Notes: a model not told the origin generated them from the sequence alone. Shown: positions 1 to 10,258, counted from the stretch's first letter. The stretch is DNA of 41,377 bases from Tannerellaceae bacterium (GCA_031267205.1 JAIRZN010000040.1:1-41377); one strand, 5' to 3'. Program-made: numbers and translations.

Positions 1-582
1 ACCGTCCACTCGCTTGCAGGGCAAAACATGAGCGGCGCGGAGTTTATCGAAGCTTTCGGCCGGCCCCGCAATACGGGCTTCCTGACGGCAACCGACGGGG
101 AAGAAAACGGCGTGAGGAACACCATTTTAGCCTCTATCCATGGCGACCAGGCGGTGATGAACGGCCAGAGCGTCCGCCTCAGGCTAACGGAGGCCATGCG
201 TGTGGGAATGGAGATCATTCCCAAAGGCGCGTTGCTATCGGGAACGGCTAAGATTCAGGGAGAAAGGTTGTCGATAAGCGTCCGTTACCTTGAATACAGG
301 GCTACAATCCAGCCCGTCGCCCTGACGGTGTACGATACCGACGGGCAAGAGGGCATCTTTATCCCTAACCTCCAGGAACTGAGCGCCGCCAAGGAGGTTA
401 TCGCCAACATGGGAACCTCCGCCGGAACAAGTTTCAACATCAATAGCGACGCCGGCGAGCAGCTTGTCGCCGACATGGGACGTAACCTGATACAGGGCGT
501 TTCACAATTTACGGCAAAGAAACTCCGCGAAGTAAAAGTCCACCTTAAGGCCGGATACAAGGTATTCCTCCTTCCGAATTAA
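1..582 (+). CDS. traM: Conjugative transposon TraM protein, C-terminal part (5'-truncated by window edge)
   Basis: Frame open from base 1; motifs GQSVRLRL, VYDTDGQEGIFIP and KKLREVKVHLKAGYKVFL typical of Bacteroides CTn TraM. Confidence 0.9.
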   Translation, partial: TVHSLAGQNMSGAEFIEAFGRPRNTGFLTATDGEENGVRNTILASIHGDQAVMNGQSVRLRLTEAMRVGMEIIPKGALLSGTAKIQGERLSISVRYLEYRATIQPVALTVYDTDGQEGIFIPNLQELSAAKEVIANMGTSAGTSFNINSDAGEQLVADMGRNLIQGVSQFTAKKLREVKVHLKAGYKVFLLPN

Positions 583-593
583 GACCGTGTAGC

Positions 594-720
594 AATAAGT
601 CTTTAGACTTATTGAAAAAGTCTTTAGACTTATTGAAAAAGTCTTTAGACTTATTAGAAAAGTCTTTAGACTTATTGGAAAAGTCTTTAGACTTATTGAA
701 AAAGTCTTTAGACTTATTTG
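594..720. repeat. 21-bp tandem repeat, ~6 copies (AAGTCTTTAGACTTATTGAAA) with palindromic core AAGTC-TTTA-GACTT
   Basis: Units start at 597, 618, 639, 660, 681, 702; first copy extends to AATAAGTC-TTTA-GACTTATT (594-613). Confidence 0.97.
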
Positions 721-769
721 AAGGAAATCGAACAAATATTCACCATGCTCGTAATCCGGCAAATTAACT

Positions 770-777
770 TACTTTTG
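770..777 (+). promoter_or_regulatory. Bacteroidota sigma-A -7 element (TACTTTTG), probably driving the ThuA-like gene
   Basis: Matches TAnnTTTG in AT-rich intergenic DNA ~195 bp upstream of ATG 973. Confidence 0.55.
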
Positions 778-972
778 TTCTCAAGAATTGGACAGGTAAA
801 TTATCGGAATTAAGAGGCAATATGGACACAGTTAGCATGGAATATCTTCCCAGCCATTGCCGGGGCGGGATAGGAAGGAGGGTCCGTAGCCGCGAGGCAT
901 CCGTTTATTCCGGTATACTTATCGTTCCCATAGCCGGTCGCATTTACTATTTTAACTACTAATACATATAAA

Positions 973-1707
973 ATGAACAAATTGTATTTCTCATGTGCAT
1001 TATCTGCACTCCTTTTGCTGTTAAGCGATTGTTCCTGCAAAAAGGAAAACATCCGGCTGGCTTTCATATCAGGGATGAATCCTGAGTTTAACTACGAGTT
1101 GTACGCCCCGCTCTTAGAATCGGAAAACATAGAGTGGAAAGCCTATACGAACGAAGAATCGCAGGAATTGTTCAAACCGGAGCATTCCGGCGAATATGAT
1201 GTTATAGTTTTCTATGACATTTGCTTGGATGAATTTCCCGAAACCGGGAAGAAAGACCTCGTCGATGTGGTCAGCAAAGGTAAACCCGTATTCGTCCTGC
1301 ACGACGGCCTGCTTACCTATAATGAATGGCCGGAATTTGCCAAGATCGCCGGCATGAAGTATTTCATGAGCTCGCAAGACGTAGACGGCGTGGAGTATGG
1401 CGTATCTTTTTATAAGCATAAGCAGGAGCTTCCCATAACGGTTGTCGACAAGCAACATTTCATAACGCAAGGCATGGATGAGACGTTCGCCTTCCACGAT
1501 GAGATATACGACAGGCTGTGGAAATCGCCGGATATTCACCCGTTATGGACAACCACCCATCCGGAGAGCGAAAAGGTGGTTATGTATACCCATTCATACG
1601 GAAAGGCTAAGGTGGTCGGTATCGTAACAGGCCATGGCCCGGAGATATTTAACGACAAGAATTTCAAGCTTGCCTTCGAACGCTCTATCCATTGGTTGGT
1701 AAAATAA
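973..1707 (+). CDS. ThuA-like (trehalose utilisation, class I GATase-like) domain protein, probable lipoprotein
   Basis: Signal peptide with Cys (LLLLSDCSC); YDVIVFYD, HFITQGM, DEIY, YGKAKV..GHG, AFERSIHW pattern of ThuA family. Confidence 0.8.
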   Translation: MNKLYFSCALSALLLLLSDCSCKKENIRLAFISGMNPEFNYELYAPLLESENIEWKAYTNEESQELFKPEHSGEYDVIVFYDICLDEFPETGKKDLVDVVSKGKPVFVLHDGLLTYNEWPEFAKIAGMKYFMSSQDVDGVEYGVSFYKHKQELPITVVDKQHFITQGMDETFAFHDEIYDRLWKSPDIHPLWTTTHPESEKVVMYTHSYGKAKVVGIVTGHGPEIFNDKNFKLAFERSIHWLVK

Positions 1708-1787
1708 AATATTCCGTCAAGGCCAATGATTAAACTCCCCGGACTTATCCGCGAATCGAGGATATGCCGGGGATAATGCTGCGGTAT

Positions 1788-4046
1788 ATGCACAGGAGGA
1801 TTTACATTCGGGGATTGGTGCAGGGCGTAGGCTTCAGGCCCTTTGTCTATCGCATCGCCATGGAGGAAGGCGTCCGTGGAGCGGTCGGGAATTATACCGG
1901 CGGCGTTGTCATTGACGCGGTCTTCCCTTCCGAAGGGGCGCTTGACCGTTTCTTACGGCGCGTTTGCGACGAGCGGCCGCCGGTGGCCTCGATAGACGGC
2001 GTCGAGGTCGGCCAGGGGCCCCAGGCGGCGGCTTACGACACTTTCGTCATCTCCCGCAGCAAGGATTGGGACGGTGATGTTACGCAGGTGGCGCCCGACA
2101 TCGCCGTATGCCCGGAATGTTTGAACGATCGCCGCACACAGGCCCGGAGGATGGGCTATCCCTTTATCAACTGCACTCACTGCGGGCCGCGCTTCTCTAT
2201 TGTGCGCGACCTGCCCTACGACCGGGGTCGGACGACGATGTCGGTCTTCGGCATGTGCGACGGCTGCCGCGAGGAGTACGAGACGGTATCCGACCGCCGC
2301 TTCCATGCCCAGCCTGTTGCGTGCAACGACTGCGGCCCCGCTTATTACGCCCTTTACCGTGGCGTGAGGATAAGCGACTACGGGGAGCTGCTCGGCCTTG
2401 CAGCCGGCCTGCTCGGTCAAGGCGAGGCGATAGCCCTCAAGGGCGTCGGCGGTTATCACCTGCTGTGCGACGCCCTCGACGGGAAGGCTACCGCCGCGCT
2501 GCGCGAGATCAAGGCGCGCGACACGAAGCCCTTCGCCGTCATGTTCCGCGACATGGAGACGTTACGCGCCTGGGCCGCCGTCAGCAAGGCGGAGGAAGCC
2601 TGCCTCGATTCATGGCGGCGTCCGATAGTGATAGTCAACCAGCTCCGCAGCCTTGCCCCGTCCGTTAATCCGGGCATGAAGACATTAGGCGTCATGCTGC
2701 CCTACATGCCTGTACACTACGATTTATTCCCGATGCTGGATACCCCCGCCCTTGTGGTGACGAGCGGCAATCGCGGCGATATGCCCGTAGCCGTTTCCGA
2801 GGAGGAGGCGGCAAGCCGGATAGCTAACGTCGCCCTCGTGGTGCATCACAACCGCGAGATACACAACCGCGTCGACGATTCTGTGGCGCAGGTATGCGGC
2901 ACGCTACCCTGCCTCATCCGCCGTGCGCGCGGGTATGCGCCGGAGCCTTTGACGGCAGGCATGGATACGGACGGCGCCTTAGCCTTCGGGGCCGAAGAGG
3001 CCAATACCTTCGCCATAGGCAAGGGCGATACGATCCTGCAAAGCCAGCATATAGGCGACCTGAAGAACTGGGAGACCTTCGGCTTCTACACAGAGGCTAT
3101 GGAGCGTTTCGCGAAGCTTTTCCGCTTCACGCCCCGGCTGCTTGCGTGCGACCTTCATCCCGACTACCTCTCTTCGCGTCACGCTGCGGACATGTCCGCC
3201 GCTACGGGCCTTCCGCTTGTGAGGGTGCAGCATCACCACGCCCACGCTGTGGCCTGCATGACGGAGTACGGGCTGCATCGCCCTGTGGCCGCTATCGTGA
3301 TGGACGGCTCCGGTCTGGGCGACGACGGGCGTGTATGGGGCGGCGAGTTTATGCTTTGCGACAGGGCCTCGTACCGTCGCCTCTCGCATCTTGAGTACCT
3401 CCCCATGCCCGGAGGCGACAGAGCGGCGCTGGAGCCGTGGCGTATGGCGGCGGCCTGCCTTTATACGTGGGGATTACCGTTTCCCGCAGGCTTTACCGCG
3501 AGGGTCGGACGGGAACGTATCGAACGCCTCTGCCGTATGATGGAGCGCGACGTATGCACGCCGCTTACCTCGTCAGCCGGCCGCATATTCGACGCCGTGG
3601 CCTCGTTGCTTGGCCTGTGCGACACGTCTTCGCGCCGGGCCGAGGCGCCGGTATTGCTTGAGCAGGCCGCTGCGGGCGTCGAGCGGCCGTACGTATTGGA
3701 TACGGAAGCGGAGGCGGTCTCGTTCCGTCCCGTTGTGGAAGCCATCCTTGAGGATATGGAGTGCGGGATGCCGGTCGGGTATATATCCGCCCGTTTCCAT
3801 GCCACGATGGCGCACCTGATTGTCGACAAGGCCGTGTCGGTGATGGAGCGCGAAGGCGTCGGCGAGGTGGTAGTTTCCGGCGGATGCTTTCAGAATAAAT
3901 ACCTTACGGAGATGCTTCAGGAGATGTTCGCCTCAAGGTCGATACCATTGTACGTTCCCTCGCGAGCGCCGGCGAATGACGGGGGGATATCCGTCGGGCA
4001 GCTCTCTTCGGCAGTCAGTCGAACTCGTACAACTCGGATGGAGTAG
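1788..4046 (+). CDS. hypF: [NiFe]-hydrogenase maturation carbamoyltransferase HypF
   Basis: Acylphosphatase motif GLVQGVGFRPFVY, zinc fingers (CPEC, NCTHCGPRF, FHAQPVACNDCGP), DLHPDY, VQHHHAH, SGGCFQN, ANDGGISVGQ; alternative starts 1764/1776. Confidence 0.96.
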   Translation: MHRRIYIRGLVQGVGFRPFVYRIAMEEGVRGAVGNYTGGVVIDAVFPSEGALDRFLRRVCDERPPVASIDGVEVGQGPQAAAYDTFVISRSKDWDGDVTQVAPDIAVCPECLNDRRTQARRMGYPFINCTHCGPRFSIVRDLPYDRGRTTMSVFGMCDGCREEYETVSDRRFHAQPVACNDCGPAYYALYRGVRISDYGELLGLAAGLLGQGEAIALKGVGGYHLLCDALDGKATAALREIKARDTKPFAVMFRDMETLRAWAAVSKAEEACLDSWRRPIVIVNQLRSLAPSVNPGMKTLGVMLPYMPVHYDLFPMLDTPALVVTSGNRGDMPVAVSEEEAASRIANVALVVHHNREIHNRVDDSVAQVCGTLPCLIRRARGYAPEPLTAGMDTDGALAFGAEEANTFAIGKGDTILQSQHIGDLKNWETFGFYTEAMERFAKLFRFTPRLLACDLHPDYLSSRHAADMSAATGLPLVRVQHHHAHAVACMTEYGLHRPVAAIVMDGSGLGDDGRVWGGEFMLCDRASYRRLSHLEYLPMPGGDRAALEPWRMAAACLYTWGLPFPAGFTARVGRERIERLCRMMERDVCTPLTSSAGRIFDAVASLLGLCDTSSRRAEAPVLLEQAAAGVERPYVLDTEAEAVSFRPVVEAILEDMECGMPVGYISARFHATMAHLIVDKAVSVMEREGVGEVVVSGGCFQNKYLTEMLQEMFASRSIPLYVPSRAPANDGGISVGQLSSAVSRTRTTRME

Positions 4047-4821
4047 AACGTTTGAGGGTAGTCAGCGTTACGTCCTTGCCCACCCTTATCCCTTCGTTGA
4101 AGAGGCGTATGTCGACGGTCTTGTATGCGAGTTCGGGGTGGTTGTTGTCGCGGCTGAGATGGCATAGCCATATGTTTTTAAGTCCCGGATGATAGTGTGT
4201 TGCCAGGAACTCGGCCGTTTCGCGGTTGCTCAGGTGGCCGGTAGGGCTGGAGACGCGCTCTTTGAGGAAGGCGGGGTATGTGCCCGACATCAGCATTTCC
4301 TCGTCGTAATTAGCTTCAATGATAAGATGGTTAGCCCGGCTCATGTAGTCGCTCACCGTGGCGGTGATATGTCCTACGTCGGTAGCGAAGGTAAAGGCGT
4401 GATCGCCGAACTTTATGTGGTAGCCGACGTTATCGGCGCTATCGTGCGGCACTTCAAAGGCAGTGATATGTAGATCGCGTATCATGAACGGTTTTTCCTT
4501 CTCTACGATCTTGCGTGCGGAGGGGTTGATGACCTCGCTCACGTATCGGCTGTCGGCTATGGCGTTGTGTACGGCCTCCGTTGCGTAGACGGGGATATTG
4601 TGTTTTTCGCTAAGGTAGCCGGCCGTTTTGACATGGTCGGTATGGTCGTGTGTGACAAGCAAGGCTATGATGCCGGCGAAGTCGATCATGTTTTCTTTCA
4701 GCGTCCTTTTGATGGTTCTTATACCGATGCCGGCGTCGATGAGTATTCCGTATCCGGGAACGCCTATGTAGTAGCAGTTGCCGCTGCTTCCGCTTGCTAA
4801 GCTCAGGAAATATAGTTTCAT
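4015..4821 (-). CDS. MBL-fold metallo-hydrolase (YycJ/WalJ-like)
   Basis: SLASGSSGNC, THDHTDH, PHD, ATDVG, EANYD, GHLSN, HLS motifs. Confidence 0.9.
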   Translation of the reverse strand: MKLYFLSLASGSSGNCYYIGVPGYGILIDAGIGIRTIKRTLKENMIDFAGIIALLVTHDHTDHVKTAGYLSEKHNIPVYATEAVHNAIADSRYVSEVINPSARKIVEKEKPFMIRDLHITAFEVPHDSADNVGYHIKFGDHAFTFATDVGHITATVSDYMSRANHLIIEANYDEEMLMSGTYPAFLKERVSSPTGHLSNRETAEFLATHYHPGLKNIWLCHLSRDNNHPELAYKTVDIRLFNEGIRVGKDVTLTTLKRSTPSELYEFD

Positions 4822-4829
4822 GCTTGATT

Positions 4830-5891
4830 TTATTTATCAGGGATGGTTATCTCTCCGATAAGCGAACAATTCATGTGTTCCTTAACTTCTTCCGGCGTAA
4901 GGCCCTGTCCGAAGAGGAACATCAGCTTGGTCACGGCGCTTTCCGTCGTACTGTCGTATCCGCTGACGACGCCGGCCTCCATGAGCTTCTGGCCCGTTTC
5001 GTACCTCAGCATCTCAACGCTTCCGCCCACGCACTGCGTTACGTTGACTATAACCAAACCCCGTCCGACGGCCTCCCTCAGCATACTGATGAACCATTCG
5101 TCCCTTGGGGCGTTACCGCTTCCGAATGTTTCCATGACTACGCCTTTGAGGCCGGGCGTAGCGAGTATGTTTTCTATAATCTGCGGCGATATACCGGGGA
5201 AGAGTTTCAGTATTGCGATATTACGGTCGAGCATGAGGTGCGTCTTCAACGGTTTGCGCAGTTCGGGATAGTATATCTGCGTAGTATCGTATTTTATCGT
5301 TACGCCCGCGTGCGCCAGGGGTGGGTAATTGTAGGAGCGGAAGGCGTTGAAGTTATCGGCGTTGATCTTCCGCGTGCGGTTGCCCCTAAGGAGGGTGTTT
5401 TCGAAGAAGATGCACACTTCGGGAGCTACCGGCAGGCCGTTTTCATGCGCGGCGGCTATCTCGATGGCCGTTATCAGGTTCTCCTTACCGTCCGTACGCA
5501 GCACGCCTATGGGCAATTGCGAGCCGGTGAAGATAACCGGCTTGCTGAGGTTCTCCAGCATGAAGCTGAGGGCTGAGGCTGTGTACGACATCGTGTCCGT
5601 ACCGTGCAGTACGACGAAGCCGTCGTACAGGTGATAGTTGCCTGCGATTATTTCTACGATCTTCTGCCAGCCTTCAGGCCCCATTTCGGCCGAATCGGTC
5701 GGGGGATCGAACTGGTATGTCGAAACGGCGTATCCCAGCTTCTTCAACTCCGGCATATTATCTTTCAAATGTTGAAAATTGAATGATTCCAGGGCGCCTG
5801 TTTCCGGGTTTTCGATCATTCCGATCGTCCCTCCCGTATAGATCAACAGTATAGAGGCTTTTTCCTGTCTTGTGTTTGTATTTCCTGTCAT
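4830..5891 (-). CDS. ansA: L-asparaginase type I
   Basis: IYTGGTIGM, HGTDTM, TGSQLP motifs; no signal peptide. Confidence 0.93.
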   Translation of the reverse strand: MTGNTNTRQEKASILLIYTGGTIGMIENPETGALESFNFQHLKDNMPELKKLGYAVSTYQFDPPTDSAEMGPEGWQKIVEIIAGNYHLYDGFVVLHGTDTMSYTASALSFMLENLSKPVIFTGSQLPIGVLRTDGKENLITAIEIAAAHENGLPVAPEVCIFFENTLLRGNRTRKINADNFNAFRSYNYPPLAHAGVTIKYDTTQIYYPELRKPLKTHLMLDRNIAILKLFPGISPQIIENILATPGLKGVVMETFGSGNAPRDEWFISMLREAVGRGLVIVNVTQCVGGSVEMLRYETGQKLMEAGVVSGYDSTTESAVTKLMFLFGQGLTPEEVKEHMNCSLIGEITIPDK

Positions 5892-5958
5892 AGGAGCGCA
5901 AACTTACATGAAATTCCGCTTAATTCAAAGCTCGCGCGGCAAAAAACGGATTCGCGCC

Positions 5959-6585
5959 TCATTTGCGGCGCGGCGGGGACGGCGGTTTGAGGACGGGTAC
6001 GCTGATGTGGTATTTCACCGAAAGGATGCGGACTATGAATACGCTTATCGCCGCAAGGAACTGCGACAGGGTGGACGGTAGCGACAGCAGCGTGCAACCG
6101 TAATAGACAAATCCCCCGAAGACGCACGCCAGCGCGTATATGTCCTTGCGGAAAATCAGCGGCTCCTCGTTGATGAGTATGTCGCGAATCATGCCGCCGA
6201 AGGAGCCGGTGATGGTGCCCATAACGATAGCCATCCACATCGGGAAGCCGAACTCAAGCGTCTTCACCACCCCGACTATCACGAACAGGCCCAACCCTAT
6301 GGCGTCGAATATAAAGACGGTATTATCAAGCCGTATCACATACTTGCGGAACGCAATTACGAACAGCAAGGCCAAGCCGGAGACGATCAAGTACGAAGGC
6401 TGCTCCATCCAGAAGGGCGTAGCGTTGAGCAATACGTCCCTGACCGTTCCGCCGCCTACGGCAGTCACGAAGCCTACCACATAGGCCCCAAACCAGTCGA
6501 ACTCCTTGGCTGACGCCAGGCGGATGCCGCTTATTGCGAAGGCGAACGTGCCTGCATAGTCGCAAAACGATATAAAGTCTATCAT
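5959..6585 (-). CDS. Trimeric intracellular cation channel family (UPF0126/YadS-like) membrane protein
   Basis: Twin repeats TAVGGGTVRDVLL and TGSFGGMIRDILI; FDAIGLGLF. Confidence 0.9.
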   Translation of the reverse strand: MIDFISFCDYAGTFAFAISGIRLASAKEFDWFGAYVVGFVTAVGGGTVRDVLLNATPFWMEQPSYLIVSGLALLFVIAFRKYVIRLDNTVFIFDAIGLGLFVIVGVVKTLEFGFPMWMAIVMGTITGSFGGMIRDILINEEPLIFRKDIYALACVFGGFVYYGCTLLSLPSTLSQFLAAISVFIVRILSVKYHISVPVLKPPSPPRRK

Positions 6586-6595
6586 GCCGTGTATA

Positions 6596-9500
6596 TTATT
6601 GTAGGTTCTTACCGAGCATCCGGCGGGCGTCGGCCGTTGTTATGTTGCGCCGGCGGGCGTAGTCGAGGAGCTGTTCCTCGTCGATGGCTCCGATCATGAA
6701 GTAGGAGGCTTCGGGATGGGCTATGTAGAGGCCGCTGACGGATGAGGTGGGGAGCATGGCGCCGTTTTCGGTCAGGCTTATGCCTATTTCGCTAAAGCCG
6801 AGCAGGCGGTCGAGCGTCGCGTTGAGCGATTGGTCGGGCAACGACGGGTAGCCTATCGCCGGACGTATGCCTTTGTACTTTGCCTGCCATACTTCTTCCG
6901 TCGACAGGGCTTCGTTTGGGGCGTATCCCCATAGTTCGCGGCGCACCTTGAGGTGCAGGTACTCCGACGCAGCCTCTGCAAGGCGGTCGCAAAGGCTTTG
7001 CAGGAGCATCGCCGAGTATGTGTCGCCTTCGGAATCAAAGGCCGACATCAGGGCTTCGGTTTCCGCTCCGGCGGCGAGGGCGAATGCGCCTATGTAATCC
7101 GCGCGTCCTGCCTCAAGAGGGAGTAGGTAGTCGGCAAGCGACTTGTATACGTCTTCGTCCTTGCGCGTTTGCTGGCGCAGGGTGGGGAAGACGAGGCCGT
7201 TTGCGCTCAGGGCGATGTCGTCGCCCGAACTGTTGGCTTGGAAAAAGCCGTATACGGCCTTCGCATAGCCTATGCCCATCCCCTCAAGGCGGTCGAGCAT
7301 AAGGATAGCGTCGTTGTATAGCTCGGCGGCCTCTTTTGCTTTGGAATGTTTCTCAGGGCCTGTCCCGTTTATGTCCGCATGGCCTCCGCTAAGCTTCCAT
7401 GTTGTGAAGAAAAACTTCCAGTTGATATACGGGCGCAGCGTATCTACCGTGATTCGGGGTATGACGTGCACGCCTTCGCAGGCGGGCTTTACCGGATGGT
7501 AGGCGGCGAGGTCGACCTTTGCCGGATGTTTCCTCGCATACGTCAGGGGGACGAGGTCGGCGGGGCGTCGGCTTAGCGAGAGGCGCAGCTTTTCGTACTC
7601 CTCATTGAGTGTGTTTATGAAAGCGGCGCGCGTTTCGGCGCGCAGTAGCTTGGAGGCTACTATGGGCCCTTGCGATGCGTCTAAGACATGCACTACGGGA
7701 TAGCTGTAATGGGGGGCGATCTTGACGGCCGTATGCAGTTTCGACGTCGTCGCGCCGCCTATCATGACGGGAATATCAAGCCCCGCCTTCTGCATTTCTT
7801 CCGTTACGCGCACCATCTCTTCGAGCGAAGGCGTAATAAGTCCCGACAGGCATACCAGATCGGGTTTTTCCTCTACGGCCGCGCGCACTATGACGTCCGC
7901 AGGCACCATTACGCCCAGGTCGATAACTTCGTAGTTGTTACAAGCCAGTACGATCGACACAATATTCTTTCCTATATCATGCACATCGCCTTTTACGGTC
8001 GCGAATATCACCTTGCCGGCCTTCGCGCTGCCTGTTGCCGTCTGCGCCGCTTCTATTGCGGGCTGAAGCAGCGACACGGCCTTCTTCATCGTGCGGGCTG
8101 TCTTGACTACCTGCGGAAGAAACATCTTCCCCTGCCCGAATAGCTCGCCTACCTTGTTCATACCGCTCATCAAAGGGCCGTCGATTATGGCCGTCGCACT
8201 CGCGTATGCGGTCAGGGCTTCGGCTATGTCTTGTTCGAGGAAGTCTGTTATTCCTTTGCGGAGGGCGTATTCGAGGCGTTCGGGTAGAGATGTTTCCCTC
8301 CAGGCTTCTATTCCGGCTATGCTTACGGCATTGTCGGGGTTCATATTTTGGGCGTAGGCTATGAGTTCGTCCGCTGCTTCGGGGCGGCGATAGAGGACGA
8401 CGTCTTCGAGCAGCGTGCGCAGCTCCGGGTCGATGTCTTCGTATGTGACTACCGACGACGGGTTGACTATTCCCATGTCCATGCCTTTGCCGATTGCATG
8501 ATACAGGAAGACGGCGTGCATGGCTTCGCGCAGTCGGTCGTTACCGCGGAAGGAGAAGGAGAGGTTGCTCACGCCGCCGCTCACCTTCGCGCCCGCGAGG
8601 TTATGTTTGATCCATTCGACGGCCATGATGAAGTCCCGGCCGTAGCGATTATGCTCGTCCATACCTGTGGCGATGGCCAGGACGTTAGGGTCGAAGATGA
8701 TGTCGTTGGGATTTATGCCCGCCTTTTCCGTCAGCAGACGGTAGGCGCGCTCGCACACGGCCGTCTTGCGCTCGAAGGAGTCGGCCTGCCCGCTTTCGTC
8801 GAACGCCATTACCACTACGGCTGCGCCTAACTGCCTTATGCGTTTTGCGCGAGCTATGAAGAGGTCTTCGCCCTCCTTGAGGCTTATCGAATTGACTATG
8901 CTCTTGCCTTGCGTACACATCAGGGCCTGCTCGATGACTTCCCAACGGGAGGCGTCTATCATAATAGGTACGCGCGCGATGTCGGGCTCGGAGGCTATGA
9001 GGTTGAGGAATGTCGTCATTTCTTTCGCGGCGTCGAGCATACCGTCATCCATATTGATGTCGATAACCTGGGCGCCGTCGTCTACCTGCTTACGCGCTAT
9101 GGCGAGGGCTTCCTCGTGCTTGCCTTCCTTGATGAGGCGGAGGAACTTGCGCGATCCGGCCACGTTGCACCGCTCGCCTATGTTGACGAAGTTATTTCCG
9201 GGCTTGACCACAAGCTCTTCTAATCCCGAAAGCCTCAGCGCAGCTTCGCGCACGGGCGGAATATGGGGCGCGGCGTCGCGGACGAGGGCGGCGTACTGCG
9301 CTATATGCGCCGGCGTCGTTCCGCAGCATCCGCCTACTATGTTCACAAGGCCCTCGTCGATAAAGGCCTTGATGTGTACAGCCATTGTCTGCGGCGTTTC
9401 GTCGTAGAGGCCGAAGCTGTCGGGCAATCCTGCATTGGGATAGGCGCTGATGAAGTAGGGCGCGACATTGGCAAGCTCCGCCAAGTAGGGCTTCATGTCG

Positions 9501-10258
9501 GCGGCTCCGAAGGAGCAGTTCAGACCGATGCTCGAGACGCCGGCGTGCTCGATGGATGCTAAGAAAGCAGGCAGCGTCTGGCCTGAAAAGGTACGTCCGC
9601 CCTGTCCCGAAAGCGTTACGGAGAGCATGACGGGCATATCTACGCCCCGCTTCGCCATTACGTCCGAAGCCGCTTCGAGCGCGGCCTTTGCGTTAAGCGT
9701 GTCGAAGACTGTTTCTATAAGTATTATATCCACCCCTCCCTCGATGAGGGCGTCGATCTGGGTCGCGTAGGCTGAAAAAAGGTCGCTGTAAGTGACCGAG
9801 CGGAAGGCGGGGTCGGAAACGTCGGGACTCATCGAGGCCGTCTTGTTGGTCGGGCCTACCGAACCTGCGATGTAGACTGTGCGCCCTTTGCTGCCGTCCG
9901 CGCCCTTTGCTGCGGCGTCGGCTACGCTACGCGCTATGCCTGCGGCGGCGAGGTTCATCTCGCGGACGTGGGCCTCCATACCGTAATCGGCCATCGAGAC
10001 GGCGTTAGCGCTGAATGTGTTGGTCGAAAATATATCTACGCCCGCGTCGACGTAAGCGCGGTGTATCGCCATGAGTACGTCGGGGCGCGTGATGGATAGC
10101 AGGTCGTTATTCCCCGCCTGGTCGATGGGCGCAGATGCGAAGCGTTCGCCCCTGTAATCCTTTTCCGAAAGCTTATAGGTCTGTATCAAGCTCCCCAGCG
10201 CGCCGTCGAGGATAAGTATGCGCTCGCGGAGGAGCCGTTCGAATGTATTTCTGTTCAT
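6596..10258 (-). CDS. metH: B12-dependent methionine synthase
   Basis: LILDGALG, GNNDLL, GGCCGTTP, IGERCNVAGS, DVHDIGKN, RPAIGYPS; true start MNRNTFE at 10258 (ORF-track extension to 10765 overlaps the upstream gene). Confidence 0.97.
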   Translation of the reverse strand: MNRNTFERLLRERILILDGALGSLIQTYKLSEKDYRGERFASAPIDQAGNNDLLSITRPDVLMAIHRAYVDAGVDIFSTNTFSANAVSMADYGMEAHVREMNLAAAGIARSVADAAAKGADGSKGRTVYIAGSVGPTNKTASMSPDVSDPAFRSVTYSDLFSAYATQIDALIEGGVDIILIETVFDTLNAKAALEAASDVMAKRGVDMPVMLSVTLSGQGGRTFSGQTLPAFLASIEHAGVSSIGLNCSFGAADMKPYLAELANVAPYFISAYPNAGLPDSFGLYDETPQTMAVHIKAFIDEGLVNIVGGCCGTTPAHIAQYAALVRDAAPHIPPVREAALRLSGLEELVVKPGNNFVNIGERCNVAGSRKFLRLIKEGKHEEALAIARKQVDDGAQVIDINMDDGMLDAAKEMTTFLNLIASEPDIARVPIMIDASRWEVIEQALMCTQGKSIVNSISLKEGEDLFIARAKRIRQLGAAVVVMAFDESGQADSFERKTAVCERAYRLLTEKAGINPNDIIFDPNVLAIATGMDEHNRYGRDFIMAVEWIKHNLAGAKVSGGVSNLSFSFRGNDRLREAMHAVFLYHAIGKGMDMGIVNPSSVVTYEDIDPELRTLLEDVVLYRRPEAADELIAYAQNMNPDNAVSIAGIEAWRETSLPERLEYALRKGITDFLEQDIAEALTAYASATAIIDGPLMSGMNKVGELFGQGKMFLPQVVKTARTMKKAVSLLQPAIEAAQTATGSAKAGKVIFATVKGDVHDIGKNIVSIVLACNNYEVIDLGVMVPADVIVRAAVEEKPDLVCLSGLITPSLEEMVRVTEEMQKAGLDIPVMIGGATTSKLHTAVKIAPHYSYPVVHVLDASQGPIVASKLLRAETRAAFINTLNEEYEKLRLSLSRRPADLVPLTYARKHPAKVDLAAYHPVKPACEGVHVIPRITVDTLRPYINWKFFFTTWKLSGGHADINGTGPEKHSKAKEAAELYNDAILMLDRLEGMGIGYAKAVYGFFQANSSGDDIALSANGLVFPTLRQQTRKDEDVYKSLADYLLPLEAGRADYIGAFALAAGAETEALMSAFDSEGDTYSAMLLQSLCDRLAEAASEYLHLKVRRELWGYAPNEALSTEEVWQAKYKGIRPAIGYPSLPDQSLNATLDRLLGFSEIGISLTENGAMLPTSSVSGLYIAHPEASYFMIGAIDEEQLLDYARRRNITTADARRMLGKNLQ

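Noticed and set aside
502-762. 86-aa ORF with ISLKTFS repeats
   Set aside because: Translation of the 21-bp DNA repeat; overlaps traM antisense.
800-945. Possible cobalamin riboswitch in the long leader before the ThuA-like gene (TAAGAGGCAA, GCCATTG..GGAAGG)
   Set aside because: Lacks the GGGAA/GGTG-AATCC, GCTGTAA and AGACCTGCC elements; only a covariance-model scan could rescue it.
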